This document shows, one piece after another, positions 1 through 13,729 of a DNA stretch of 64,000 bases. Numbering within the stretch: the stretch's first letter is position 1; each line of letters opens with the position of its first letter. The notes beneath the pieces were generated by a model. That model was not told the origin of the DNA. It searched no databases and was given only the letters and a program-made list of their open reading frames with translations. Source of the stretch: Schmidtea nova (lineage: Eukaryota); the NCBI GenBank assembly GCA_044892505.1, contig CM097884.1, forward strand, positions 144,770,001 to 144,834,000. Direction: 5' to 3'. A program made the translations under genes and the position numbers.

Positions 1-651
1 AGCCACTCACTTTTTACACACTAACCATCTAAGTACTTACCAACTACTTCTATACATTAACCAACTAACTCTTCTCATTAACCAAGTAACTCTATACACA
101 AATCTTCAACCAACTACACTAATCAACTAACTAACTATACATAATAACCAGCAACTAATCCCTTACTTACCAACTACAACAACTACACTAACCAACTAAC
201 TCTTCACATGAACCACCTAATTCTATTCATTAATAATATACTAACCAACCAACTACACAAACCAACTATCTAACTATAAATACTTACCAGCAACCAATTC
301 CTTACTTACTAACCAGTTCTATACATTAAACAACTACTTCTTCACATTAACCAACTTAATATATTCATTAATCATATACATCCTACCAACTACTCACCCT
401 TTACACACAAATCAACAACTAACTGATTCAATACCAACAGACTCTATCAAAGATCAGTTGGTTAAATCAACTAATCAGATACCAACTGACTCTAGGTATT
501 AACCAACTCAGAAAGTTGATCCATATGTCAATCAATTATCTCTTACTATTAACTAAATATCAACTAATTCAATCCCCTCAGTTAACAAAATACTTACTTA
601 CCAACTAGTTATATACATCAACCAACTAACTCTTCTCACTAACCAACTAAC

Positions 652-711
<60 letters not shown>

Positions 712-1210
712 CTAGCAACCAATTCCTTACTAACCAACTAGTTATATACATTAACCAACTAACTCTATTCACAAATCCCCAACCAGCTACACTAATCAAT
801 TAACTAACTATAAAAACTAACCATCAACTAATCTCTTACTAACCAACTGGTTCTATACATTAATCTTATACCTATCAATCAACCAAACAACTACACTAAC
901 CAACTAACTAACTAACTATACACACTAACCAGTAACCAATTCCTTACTAACCAACTAGTTATATACATCAAACAACTAACTCTTCACATTAACCTACTAA
1001 CTATTCACAAATCACCAACCAACTACTCTAACCAACTAACTAACTATACATACTAACCAGCAACCAATTCCTTACTTACCAACTATTTATATACATTAAC
1101 CAACTAACTCTTCATAAATCAACAACAGACTAGTTACTTATTAAATATCAATTGATTTTATCCACAATCAACTAGTTACATCAACTAATCGGATACTAAC
1201 TGACTCTATA
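1..1210. repeat. Degenerate AACCAACT(A)-based minisatellite with an embedded (TA)n tract (~655-708)
   Basis: Recurrent aaccaactaact / ccaattccttacttaccaactagttatatacatt units throughout the segment. Confidence 0.85.
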
Positions 1211-2279
1211 TATTAAACAAATAAATCTTCAAATAATAATAAAATAATAATTAAAATAATCTTCAAGTGGAGAAAATTGGAGATATTGATAGACGAAATA
1301 TTTCAGAAATTTTGTAAGCAATCAACGAAGAAATACAATTTAATGAAGCCTTTACGTATATGAATTGCAATAAAGATTGTAATTTGAAAAATCCCGATGA
1401 AAATTCGATATATCAAATTAAGATAATGATTCAAGGCTTCAAAGAATCTAATGATGTTGTCAAACCTGTTTGGAAAATTATAGAAATAAATATATGTGAA
1501 TAGAATTTATTTATCAAATCTTATATTTTCATTTTAATTTTTTTTTGTTTTGGTATTAAAATTTTTAATAACAATTATTAAATGTGATAAATTTATTACC
1601 AAGTATTTAAAATCTATTTTTTTTTTTATTAAAATAAAATTAATTTTATTATCATAATTATTCTAAATTGATTTCGTTTTAATAATTGATTATACGTTTA
1701 AAATTAAAATTAAAATTAATTTTCTTTAATATTTCCCGGCAACAATAATTAATTCGGAATTTGGTATATATTCGAATATAAAAATTAATTTAATTTTAAA
1801 TTAATTTTAATTTTAAACATATAATCAATTATTAAAACGATTAAATGATTAAATTGATTAGATTTATGTGTGCAGACACACGCTCTAATGATATTTTTAA
1901 ATTGATTTTACATGTTAATTTTTTATATGCATATTTTTTATTTTTTTAATTTTTTTATAGGAGGATTATATCCCTAACATTGTATTTCATCTTATCATGA
2001 TGAAAACTGTCATGATTCGATGGAGAGATATTATTCTTACACCCATAACCGCATCACTTACCTTATTTGTCCCACTTGTAATTCTACTTCAGTCTCTTTT
2101 TATGTAGACATTTATAAGTTTTATTGTGAAAATTTGAATCACTTTCAATGTTCTAAGAAATCAATTTTTAAATTAGCACGTGGTAATAATAATAATATTA
2201 ATGGTAATTTTAATTTTAATTTTAATAATAATATTATTATTAATAATAAAAATATTAATAATAATAATATTTAGTTGTT

Positions 2280-5200
2280 ATTTCTGATGACGAACCCATC
2301 ATAGATGCTCAATATGGTGGTTCCTTTCTTCCTATTGTTAAATTTAATTTAAGAAGATCACACGCCATTGTGAAAATGGTTGTTTCTGACTTGGCTTAAA
2401 AACTGTAATTTTACACGATATTTTAGTCAATAAATTAAATGATGTTATTAATGAAATGGGGTCAGTCAAAATACAATTTTGTGTTGACTTAGAGTTTGAA
2501 AAAGATGATGAATTTCAATTATTCATCATTTCAAACTCTGCAAGACCTTATTTGATGAAGATATCACTTTTTTAAATGAAAAGATATCTTTAATTAATGA
2601 AATATGAAGTAATTGGGTTATCAACAAAATCAACGAAATCCATTTGGTTTTAACTAAATATGCCGAAATAAGTCGATTGAGAGGCAGAGGTCATATAAAT
2701 ACTCCAATTTCTTTATTGCCAAAGCATTGTAGAGTTAATGTAATTTATTCCGATGATTTCTTTCATTTATAGCTTCTTGGCTATTTTGGAATATGATGAG
2801 GTAGATAATTATAGAAATAAGGCAAATAATTATAATCTTTCTGATCTCGTCTTTTTCCTTCAAAAATGACCACGAGACTCTGTAATATTCCAAAATTTGA
2901 GGCTAAAAACCCTGGACTTGCTATTATTGTTATTTCTTATAATGAAGATGCTTTGCTTGAAACTATGGCAAATCCTGAGGTTTTTAAACATCCCTGTGTT
3001 GACATTATTCACAGGTCTAAAGTGGTTGGAAGAATTCCAATCAATTTATTTTTGTTGGAAAGTGGTGATGCATATCCTTATATTGCAGTCACCAATCTTG
3101 ATAGGCTTTTGAATCTTGATGAGCATTCAATTTCTAATACTCGCATTCAAAGTATATGGTGTCATCGATGCTTGAATGAATTTAGAAAAGATGAAGCAAT
3201 CGATTGTCATCAACAGTTGTGTGCTAAAAATCAATTAGGTACAACTCTTTATACTTTACCAAGAAAAAAATTTTTTACAATTTAGTAATTGGGGCAAAAC
3301 AATTACCCCACCTTTTGTTGTTAACGCCGATTTTGAGGCAATCTTACCTACTGATGAAAAATATTTTCAACGTCATGTCCCAAAATCTGCCGGTCTTTTA
3401 ATTGTAAATAATTTAACTAGCAAAAACATTTACAAGAGTTTCTTAGGTCTTGATTGTGTGACTTATTTTCTTACTGAAATTAGTGATATTTCTGAAACAA
3501 TTGTTTATACCTTTTATAAAAATAATTACAAGAAACCACTTTTTATGACATCGGCTAATCAAGGAGCATTTTCAATGGCGACAAATTATTATCTTTGTAA
3601 GAAAACCTTAGTCAAACCGGTGAAGGATCATGATCATTACACTGGTGAAATTTTGGGTATGTAATTCTTGTTTCAAATCCCGTCGTTTATACAAGGTTCT
3701 ACCCGTTAATTTTCATAATTTAAAGGGCTATGATTTGCACCATATTCCTAAATATGGTTTGGCTAATTTTACAACTTGGACAATTTCTTGTATTCCAACA
3801 ACCAGTAAAAAATTCTTAACTTTATCGGCAAGGGTTGGTGATTTAACCATTAAATTCATCGATTCTCTCCAGTTTGTAAATTCTAGTTTAAATGACGCTG
3901 TTAAGACTCTTACTTGTTTGTCTTTGACTAGATCTGAATTCACCGGGACTATCGTTGCTTGTAAGGGTATTTTTCCTTATGATTTTCCAACATCTTTAGA
4001 AGTACTTAACAACATTTAGAAGTACTTAACACCATTCCAAATGGGAAGGTGTTAAACAAGACGACTATGACAAGGCATTGGTGATTTGGAGGGAATCCCA
4101 GTGTCAAACTCTGTGTGACTATATGATGGTCTACCTTAAACTCGATGTTTTTCTTCTTGCTGATTTCTTTCAACAGTTTAGTGCTAAATCTATAGCTCAC
4201 AATAGACTTGAGCCTTTGAATTTCTTGGGGATTCCAAGTATGTCGTGAGCTTTTGCGCTTATTACCTTGGATGAACTTATTGAGTTGCTCCAGGATATGG
4301 AGATGTATAATTTTTTCGAAGGGGGGATTCGTGGTGGATTGATATTTGTCAACAAGCATCATGTAGTATCCTCCGAAACGACTGAAATTTTATACATTGA
4401 TATAAATAATTTATACGGGTGGGCTTTAAGTCAAAAATTACCTCACAGATCAAAATAAATTTAATTAATTAATTAAATTTCTGGATGTTGATTTAGCTAT
4501 TTTAACTTATGGCGATACCTTTGAAGTGGATCTTGAAATTCCTTCAGAAATTCACGAAAGATTAAATGATTTCCCGGTTGCAGGAGAGAAGATGTGTGCA
4601 CCGGGTTCAAACGTTGAGAAATTATTGCTTACGCATTAACCAAAGTTCAACTATGTTGTTCATTGAAGGCTTCTCAAGCTTTTTGTTTCTTTGGGTGTTA
4701 AAATAACACGAGTTCATCGGGCTGTTCAGTACAAACAGAAACATATTTTTAAAAGATACATAGATACAAACACTGAACTTAGGGCAGCTTCTTCTACGGC
4801 TTTAGATAAAAACTATTACAAACTCTTAAATAATAGCTTTTATGGGAAAACGGTTGAAAATCTTAAGAAACGACTCAATTTACGACTGTAATTCAGCATC
4901 AAAAGTGATTACATTTTCTTCAAAACCTACCTTTAGAAGACCGTATAGGATTGACGATGATTTAGTTTCTGTCTTGCATAATAAGGACTCTATGTGTTTA
5001 GATAGATCCAGGTACATTGGTCAAAGTGTACGGGATTTATCTAAAGTTAGGATATTCTTTTGTCTGCTATGGTTAGGGATAGGTTATTAGATACTTCGAA
5101 TTATAACCCAAATCATACCTTGTACTCGAAAAAACTAGATTCTGTCATTGGTAAATTCAAAGACGAGAATAAAGGATTCAAGTATGATGAGTGGGTGTTT

Positions 5201-5450
5201 CTTAGGCCAAAGTGTTACAGTCTTTTAGGTGATGAAGAGTGCATTAAGGCTAAGGGTATAACATTGAAGGATACTAAACTGAATCATCAGTCGTATCTGG
5301 ATTGTTACAATAGTAATTCCGTAGTTTCTGTTGATCAGTCGAGAATTGTTAGTAAGAATCATCAACTCTTTACTAATAAATCTTCTAATATTGCCTTGAA
5401 TAATCTTGACGACAAAAGACTTTGGGTGGAAAAAATGTTAGAATGGCTTA
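2280..5450 (+). pseudogene. Maverick/Polinton protein-primed family B DNA polymerase, copy 1 (many frameshifts and stops; catalytic DTDS region deleted)
   Basis: Fragments WCHRCLNEF, FHNLKGYDLH, FIDSLQF, KGIFPY, GGIRGG, YIDINNLYGWALSQ, KLLNNSFYGKT and FLRPKCYS. Collinear with the copy at 38.3-41.7 kb. LSKVR runs straight into AMVRDRLLDTSNY at ~5050. Confidence 0.92.
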
Positions 5451-6311
5451 TGGATTTTATAAGGGAATTGATTTGGTTATGGGTGTGCGTGAAGATGCTG
5501 CTGAATCTGATGAACAATTTGCCTGAAGATGAGAAGATTTTTTTAAATAAAGTTTTATTTTTAAATAATTTGTTTTTTGTTGTTTTTAGTCAATATTGTT
5601 TCTAGTTAATAAGTTGTTGAATTCTAACCATTTTTAACCAAATAAGGTTTTTTCATGTAGAATTGATCGGAGAGGACCAATTTTTCATGTTTTTCCTTTT
5701 TGAACTTTTTTTGTTTGTCATTGAATTCTCAATAGATTGGTATAAAAATTATTGAAATCTGATCATTCTTGAAAGTTTTAGAAAAAATGTTGAAAAAATT
5801 AATTTATTTTATATTTTTTGTAAAATTTATGAAAAAATAAATAAAGTTTATTAAATTTCAATATTATATCATCAATTGTGTAATCAATAAACGATTATAC
5901 AATTTTTAAACGTATTTAAAAAAGTATGTAAAAATAAGCTATTATGTAATAATCAAATAATATATAAAGTATTGCGCAATGATTTAGAAATAAACAAAGT
6001 AGTACTTAATACTTACATAATACATGAAGTATTGCATAATTATTATACATAATGTATTTTTGGCGGGTAAATTGTATAGTTATTACGTAATATATACAGT
6101 TTAGGGATAAATAGCTAGACCGCTCACTACTACCTACTTGTGATATATATGATGTTGTACAATATATATGTATTTTTATTTAATTAATATTTAGCATAAC
6201 CTTGCTAAGAGAATGCATTTTGTGATTTATTATTAGTCTTTAAAAATTCTATTACATAAGTTATTTTTAATATTATTATTATCAACAAACGCCAATCCAA
6301 ATATATATTTT

Positions 6312-6352
6312 GCACAATATATTTCGAGAACTTAATTCTCTTCATCAGGTGC
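6312..6352 (-). ncRNA. Minimal type-I hammerhead ribozyme motif, family D (canonical C3-G8 core)
   Basis: Minus strand GCAC-CTGATGA-A-GAGAA(TTAAG)TTCTC-GAA-ATATAT-T-GTGC: 4-bp stem I, 5-bp stem II, palindromic stem III, followed by a short (TAA)n. Confidence 0.8.
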
Positions 6353-6834
6353 TACCCAGTCTTACATTATAATATAAATCAAATAAATCGATTTTTTCGA
6401 ACAAATTAGTAATAATTTTTAAAATAAAATATATATTTTAAATTCCATTATAGTCAAAAAATTTAAATCAATCAAAAATTTTTAATTTAAATAAATTAAT
6501 CTTAAAAATATAATATTCTTTTATTTTTATAAAAAAAATATTTTTTTAAGAATATATTATAAATATTTTCATATTTATAAACAACAGAATGATTGAAAAC
6601 GAAATCCATAATCCCCAATTGAAAATGCTCTAAAACTCGAGTACAGAAAAGACGGTCAGTCTTATCCAAAGTATGTGGCATTACGCCCATGACATTTGAA
6701 AAATTAAACGAGTATAGAACACAAATCAAAAGAAGAAAATAAACATCATCAACAACCACATCAGTTAATTTACTTAAACCGCAAAAAATGAGGCAAACAC
6801 AAATATTTTTTATATAGTAATTTCTTTTTAGTAA

Positions 6835-6965
6835 TTTCGATTGGAGTAATTTTGGAGTAATTTCGGAGTAATTTCGGGTAATTGGAGTAATTGGAGTAAT
6901 TGTAGTAATTGTAGTAAATGGAGTAATTGGAGTAATGGGAGTAATTGGAGTAATTGGGGTAATTG
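6835..6965. repeat. Tandem 9-10-bp GGAGTAATT repeat array
   Basis: About 13 copies of (t)ggagtaatt/gtagtaatt variants. Confidence 0.9.
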
Positions 6966-7199
6966 GATTTCGACAATCTTCTAACTCAGATCTAATGTCT
7001 TTTATTGTTTGATATTCCGTTTCAACATATGCTTTACATTTAATTAGTTTATAAGTTAACCTATATTCTCATATTGATTTTTTTTATTTCTGTCGTTATT
7101 TGTAATTTGGCTTACTATAGCAATTTGCTATAGCAAGGTAAATTCAAATTTTAAATGAAAATAATTATAATCAAAATAGTTATAATTAAAATGGTAACT

Positions 7200-7343
7200 C
7201 CAATGCACATAAATAAAAGGGGGGGTCTCCTTTATCCGCAAGGACGCCCTCCTTGCTAATAGCAGTGGTCATGACAATAGCGACTACAACAAAAGTGATA
7301 ATCACAATAAAAATAATCTTCATAAAAATATACAGCATTAACA
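7200..7343 (-). repeat. Diverged relative of the Gypsy LTR end (U3 side)
   Basis: aataaaaggggggtctcctttatccgcaaggacgccc resembles aataaagagggggggttcctggtgaccgcaagggcacc at ~29900/35695. It sits at a similar distance from a TG terminus and is likewise preceded by a 9-10-bp repeat array. Confidence 0.5.
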
Positions 7344-8019
7344 ATAAATATATAAATATTAAAATTTTCATCAGTTTTTCTAAAAATCAAATTTAAAATG
7401 AAAATAATTAAAATTTGTCATTTGATGTTAAATTTGACATTCTAAAATTAAATGAATAACAAATGGAATTTATTTATACATATTTAATTACTAAACATAA
7501 TTTGATAAAATATTGAATAAAAGTGCCCAAAACAATACAGATGGGTTTTAAATAACCAAGATTTTGCTACTAGGGTTCTAGTACTCATTTACTTTGTTAG
7601 TCAGGTAAACGAATTTCATTTGTTGAAGCAAATCAGAGTAAACGTTATCTTATTTGATATGTGTTAAAATGATTTACTGAGTAACATGGACATCTAGCAA
7701 TGTAGCATCTTTATCATGGTTATTATAAAATATTGTGAAATTGGTATGATCATACATTGGTTTGGAAATAGCTTTTAAGCTCAAAAACTATCACAAAATA
7801 AGTTATGTTACCAAATGTTCTGCTAACAAGCTTTATGATATCATTTTGTAGTACAAAATTGTCAATTTTCTTTTAAAAACCCTATATTTGTTATTAAAAA
7901 CATGTTCGAGTGGAAAGCTTTTGAGCTCAAAAACCATCACAAAAAGGGTTCTGTTGGCAAAGATGCTATGATAAACAAATGACGAAAAGCATCACACAAG
8001 ACTGGGGGGGGTAAATACA

Positions 8020-8960
8020 CATGATAAATTATCATAATATATAAATCATTACACACAAAATATTTTATACACTATAGTACAAACATACACACAAATATAT
8101 AGAAATTTATGATACACACACACAAATTATCATCACATTACACACGCAAAACACACATGAAATATCATTACATACAAGAATTACACACAAAAGATATCAT
8201 TGCATACATAGAAAATAAACACACACATACAAAATATAATCAAAAAATGTCATCATATTATAGTGTAATAGCATCTAAAATCCATCAAAAATATACAAAA
8301 TATCAAAAACATAGAAAATCAACAAAGATACACAAAAAAGATCAAGAATACAGAAATTCATCACACATAAAATATCAAAAATACACACAAATTCATTATA
8401 CAAACAAAATATCATAACACATATGAAATATCATCACAAAATGTCATCACACAAGTGCACTAACATTGAGAATACACAGAAAATCATCAAACGTTCGCAC
8501 AAAATATCAGAAAGATTTTAAAAAAATTATCAAGAATTACAAACAAAATATCAAGAATACATAGAAATTCATCACATACACACAAAATCATCAAAAATAC
8601 ACAAAATATCAAAAACACATGAAAATCATCAAAGATACACACAAAAGATATACACAGAAATTCATCACACACATAATGTCATCAAATATATAAAGTATCA
8701 TCACACAATGTCATCATACTGTTGTTCTATATTATAGAATCTATAACATAGAAAATATATCAAAAATCATCAAAAGTACACACAAAATATCAGAAATACA
8801 TAAAACCTTACCACACATACAAAATGTCATTACATACATGGAATATCATCACAAAATGACATAGAAAACACATAGAAAACACATGGAAAATCATCAAAAG
8901 TACAGATAAAATATCAAAAATACATATAAAATAATCACACACATCACAAGTTGTCATTGA
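8020..8960. repeat. A/C-rich low-complexity repeat region
   Basis: Recurrent aaatatcaaaaatacac / aaattcatcacacat motifs; the ORFs here are compositional only. Confidence 0.8.
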
Positions 8961-11079
8961 AATATTACGAAAGTGAATGTAAATATTGCAAAATGTAAGT
9001 TCAAGTAAGAAGCTTTCAAACCTATCGCAATTTGTGTCTGTTACTGGAAATAATTGAAATATTGTGATAATGTAATTCATCAAAGATCACAATGGGTTAT
9101 GTTAATGAATAATGTTGATTGTAACAATAATAATTATGTGTGAGCTTTGGCAGAGAAAAATCATTACAAAAGAGGTTCTGCTATTAAAGGTTCATTATTC
9201 ACTTTTAACATATGCCAAACTTTAAAAATGAGCTCCATGGAAATTAATTTTATGAATGAAAAATCAAATGACAAAGAAAATGGTATATTTTTCTTTTCTT
9301 TTATTATATAAATTTAGTAAATACAAGTGATAATATTTCAATCTCTTTGAATTGAAATGAAAATGAGAATACAATTGGTAAAATATTTTTAAATATTGAT
9401 TGCTCAATGTGAGGATTGATTAATTTTAATTATTTTGATTACATTTTGATAATTAATTTAATAATTATTAAATTTCTGTAAATAATTTGTAATAATTTAA
9501 ATAATATTTATTTTGCGTAAACAATTAATTTAAATAAATTTCTTCAATATTTCTTTAATATTTTAAATTTGATATATAATTTCTAATAATTCATATTTTT
9601 ATTAATTAATTTTATTATTAATAATTAATGCAATGGGCATTTCTTAAGCATGAGAATGGATTTAAAAGGAGATAATGTTAGAAAAAAAAGGCAATATATA
9701 TTGGGCGGTATTAGAGGTGAGTCAAAAAATAGTTGACTTGGTTATTTGCATATCGAAAATATCGCCACATTATTTCATTTCAATGGTTGTCACTATGAGA
9801 TTTATGCAGTAATCTATAGAAAAAATACTTTAATTATGAGAAGTCTTTATATTTATCCAAAACACATTTAAAAATTCATTAAAATATAAAAATAAATAAT
9901 ATAAGTTAGATTTCAAATTATTAAATAAAAATTTTCAAAGTTATATTATTTAGATATTTATTTTTAAATGAAATGGGTAATTGGATAAATGTAAGTTAAT
10001 ATTTTAATTTATAAATATACTTTTAATTTTGATTATTTAGGTATTTTAATATATGTAGAAAACAGAAGTCAAAATCGGTTATGTAAGTTTTTTATAATAT
10101 TTTAAAGTAATTAAATTAAGAAAAACATAAATTATAATTATTTATGTAATAATTTAGTTAATTTTAATAATTTAAGAAATATTTTTCAAATTTTACATTT
10201 TTAAGAAAATTTTTAATACAATAAATTTAATAATCAATTTTAAATTTTAAGTAAAATAAATAATTTAGACAATAATAATTAAACTTTAAGTGATTATTTT
10301 AGGAAACTTTTTGTATTTAAATTTTCATATTTGAGTTGGAGTGTTTTTGCGGCATTCCTAAGGCCAAATGGCATGAAAAAGTATTCGAAGTTGCCGAAAG
10401 GGATAGTTACCGCTGTTTTTGGAATGTCATCTGGATTTGCAGGGAATTGATGAAATGCTTTAGCGAGTTCGATGGTTGAAAAGACTGTATTCCCCAAAAA
10501 AAACGTGAAAATAGGTCTTTGATGAGTGAATAGGGGAAGTCCATGGGGAGGAGGTGCGTCGGATGATGCCCTTGTCTTCGAGCTCGGAAAATTCTAGTTC
10601 GACGGCTTGTCGTCTATGAATAGCTAGAGGTTGGGAACGAGCGTTTTGTGGTGTGCACGGAACGGTGGTGATGAAATGGACGGATTCTTTGCTGGGTACG
10701 TATGTGGTAGACTTGGTCAGAAGGTTCGGGAAATTTGTGGCGATGACTGACTCTACATTGTCTGCTGTTAAAGAGATTGTTGTTTGTTGTGGCACTATCG
10801 TGGAAACTAGCTGAGAGGGTTGGTATATTCTTCTATTCTTACAGTCGATGTTCATTTCTTCGGTCGTTAAGAAATAGAGGCCTAGTAGAGGAAATCTTGC
10901 GTTGGCGACGTGGAAAGAATGCGAAAAATGTTTAGAAAAGCTGGGGAGGTGAAATTAGATTGTTTTCGTACCGAAGAGCATTATGTGTGTACCGTTCGCG
11001 GCTATGGCAGAGTATGAGCAGTATGTGTCTGCGGTGAAAGTGGTGGGTAGAATTTAATATGACGAGCCTGTGTCTATAA

Positions 11080-13729
11080 CAGGGATGGCGAACCTTTTTT
11101 TGACTGCGTGCCAATAAATATTATTTTTATAAAATGAAAATACATGCGTGCCAATACAAATTATTTTTATTAAATGAAAATACATGCTTTTAAAAATTAT
11201 ATATAGATTCATTTCTATAATATGCTGACATATTTTTTAATGGGATTTTTGTTGCTGAATATTTCTCGATAATGCATCAATATCCGGATCATAGTTTGAC
11301 AATTTTAATGAAATACAAGCCTCCCCACATTCATCGGTAAGTCTGTTTCGTACATCAGATTTTATATTATTCATAATCGAAAATAGACTTTCACAGCTAT
11401 ACGTTGATGAAAATATTGTTAGAATAGCTAAAGACAATTTCTTCATCGCATTAAATGTTTCTGGGAGCGAACACCATGTCTTCAACAACATATTATTCAT
11501 GTTTTCGTATTCTTCTTCATTTAATCTTTTTTTTTCATTATTTTCTATTTCTTGCCTTAACTCTATAAATTTCAGCTTCCAAATAGAACTTGATTGAAAC
11601 TCTGCCAACTGCATTTCTAAATTCTCCAACTCTAACCAGTCTAATTGATCCATTTTAGCAGTTTCCAAATCAAACTTGTCTGGATATTTAATAAAGTTAA
11701 TTAATGGTTGAAATTTTTTGAAATCTTGAAATCTCTTAGCAAAATTGTCTTGTATGTCACTTATAACTTGGCTATAAAAATTTATATTAATTTCATAGAC
11801 TCCATGAATAGAAAATTTTTGAAGGTGATCTTTCAACAAAGGAAAATACTTAAAATTATTGTTGTCAATATCGCGTTTAAATATTACTAATTTGGACTCA
11901 AAACCTTCAATAATATCGAACATTACATCAATTGATTTTCCGGGACCTTGCAATTTAATATTTAATTCATTTAAATGGTTGGAAATATCCGTTAAAAACA
12001 TTAATTTGGTGATCCAGTTATTATCAAAAAGTTCAGGAAATTCGGTTTTTTTATCATTAAGAAACATGATAATTTCATCAAAACATTCTACAAAACGTTG
12101 TAACACAAATCCTCTACTAAGCCAGCGTACGTGATTATACATTAACAATCCATGATAATTTGAACCTACCTCTTGTAGAAGCAACTGAAATTGCCGCTTA
12201 TTCAAAGCTCGAGCTGCTATAAAATTTATAATTTTGGAAACAATACTTGAAATATCATCAAATGCTGCCAATCCAGACTTCGCACATAGAACTTCTTGAT
12301 GAATTATACAATGAAAATTAATAATTGGATGCCCAACGTGTTCTTGAAAAAGAGATACAAAACCAGCTTCCCGTCCTATCATTGAGGGAGCTCCATCAGT
12401 TGTAATTGACACTATTGTTGATGTATCTATCTCAGCTATTTGAAACGTTTTTATAACTGCATCACTAATATCTTTCCCAGTTGTTTTTGCTGATAAGGAA
12501 ACTAGTGAAAGCAATTCCTCAACTATTTTTTCTCCTTTAGCATAACGAGCAATTATGGACAAGCGAGCTGAAGATGTTACGTCGGTACTTTCATCAAGAC
12601 ATATAGAAAATAGCTTTGCTGAACGTATATCATTTATTTTTTTAATATTAATATTTTTATGCATTTTTAATATCCTGTCTTTAACAGTATTTCGACTTAT
12701 ACTTAATTCTTCAATGCGCTTAAGTATCTGCTCTTTATTTTGAAAATCTTCAAATAAATGTGGTGCACATTTAATGAAAGCTTCTTTAATATAATCTCCA
12801 TCGCTAAATGGTTTGCTATGAGTAGCAATAGTCTTGGAAACCTCAAAACTAGCAGCAACTTAATAATTTGTATATTTCAAAAATGTAATGAATGAGTTTG
12901 ATTGTAAAAATCTATTTTTAACTTCACGTGCAATATATTCTTTTTGTTCTAAATCACTTTTAGATAAAAGAAATGAATGAGTAGTTTCATAATGTCGTTT
13001 TACTGAGGATGTTCTGCACACTACTGTATTTCCACACAACGCACACAGGGCATTGTTATTGCTTTTCATCATTCCATATTTATCAGTCCACCAATCTTGA
13101 AATGGTCTTTTAGAGCTGGCCTCTGTTTTCCTTTTCTTATTTTCTGACATTCTAAAGTTGAAACATATTATTTATTTATCATTAAAATTGTTAATGAATT
13201 ACCTTTTGAAATCAATTATAATTGTCTTCTAAAAATATAAATAGATTTTTTTTATTAGCAAAAAATAATACTAAAATAAGAAAACACAATTTTCAATCGC
13301 ACTTACAAAGTTTTTAACTGAACTGAATTAGAATTAGTGAATTTCAATTTTGGCGAGAATGCAAATATTCATATATATATATGTATGTATATATTTGAAA
13401 ATCCAAAGCATACTATGTTCATTTTAACATTTATTTTTTATATTTAAAATTACATGTTCATACTTGTACATACCTATACCTACATACGCAAATAATATAA
13501 TTATATTTTAACGTTATGAATAAAGGCGCCAGAAATCTGGAAGTTTGTTTTTAAATATCAAAATTTATGCATTAAATTTGAATTGAGTTCACAATTTTTT
13601 CAATATCAAAAATGCATTTGGATTAGTCAGTACATTACATATGTATGAAAATGAAAAATATTATACGTGCCAGCGAAAATTTATCTGCGTGCCACTTTGG
13701 GCACGCGTGCCATAGGTTCGCCATCCCTG
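11080..13729 (-). mobile_element. hAT DNA transposon, Buster/Charlie-SPIN type, full length (2650 bp)
   Basis: TIRs CAGGGATGGCGAACCT / AGGTTCGCCATCCCTG; perfect 8-bp TSD GTCTATAA (11072-11079, 13730-13737) with central TA. Confidence 0.97.
11237..13150 (-). pseudogene. hAT transposase (GTF2IRD2/Buster-like) with a single in-frame TAA at 12860-12862
   Basis: The 96-aa and 475-aa ORFs are in the same frame and the intervening sequence is open (VAASFEVSK..KPFSDGDYIKE). Motifs: CALC..RHYETTH zinc finger, LDESTD, TDGAPSM, HCIIHQE, RWLSRG, STYSCESLFS. Confidence 0.95.

Noticed and set aside
2283-2300. CTGATGA as another hammerhead core
   Set aside because: No stem II or GAAA follows; it lies in pPolB-related coding sequence.
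6118-6140. ACTACT/AGTAGT motifs (also ~20750) as Maverick termini
   Set aside because: Too short; no matching TIR partner or 6-bp TSD found.
6153-7343. A complete solo LTR of about 1.19 kb
   Set aside because: The size fits, but the left boundary is arbitrary and there is no TSD; only the right-end similarity was kept.
12860-12862. TAA in the hAT transposase as stop-codon reassignment or readthrough
   Set aside because: TAA terminates many other ORFs here; a single TTA>TAA change explains it.
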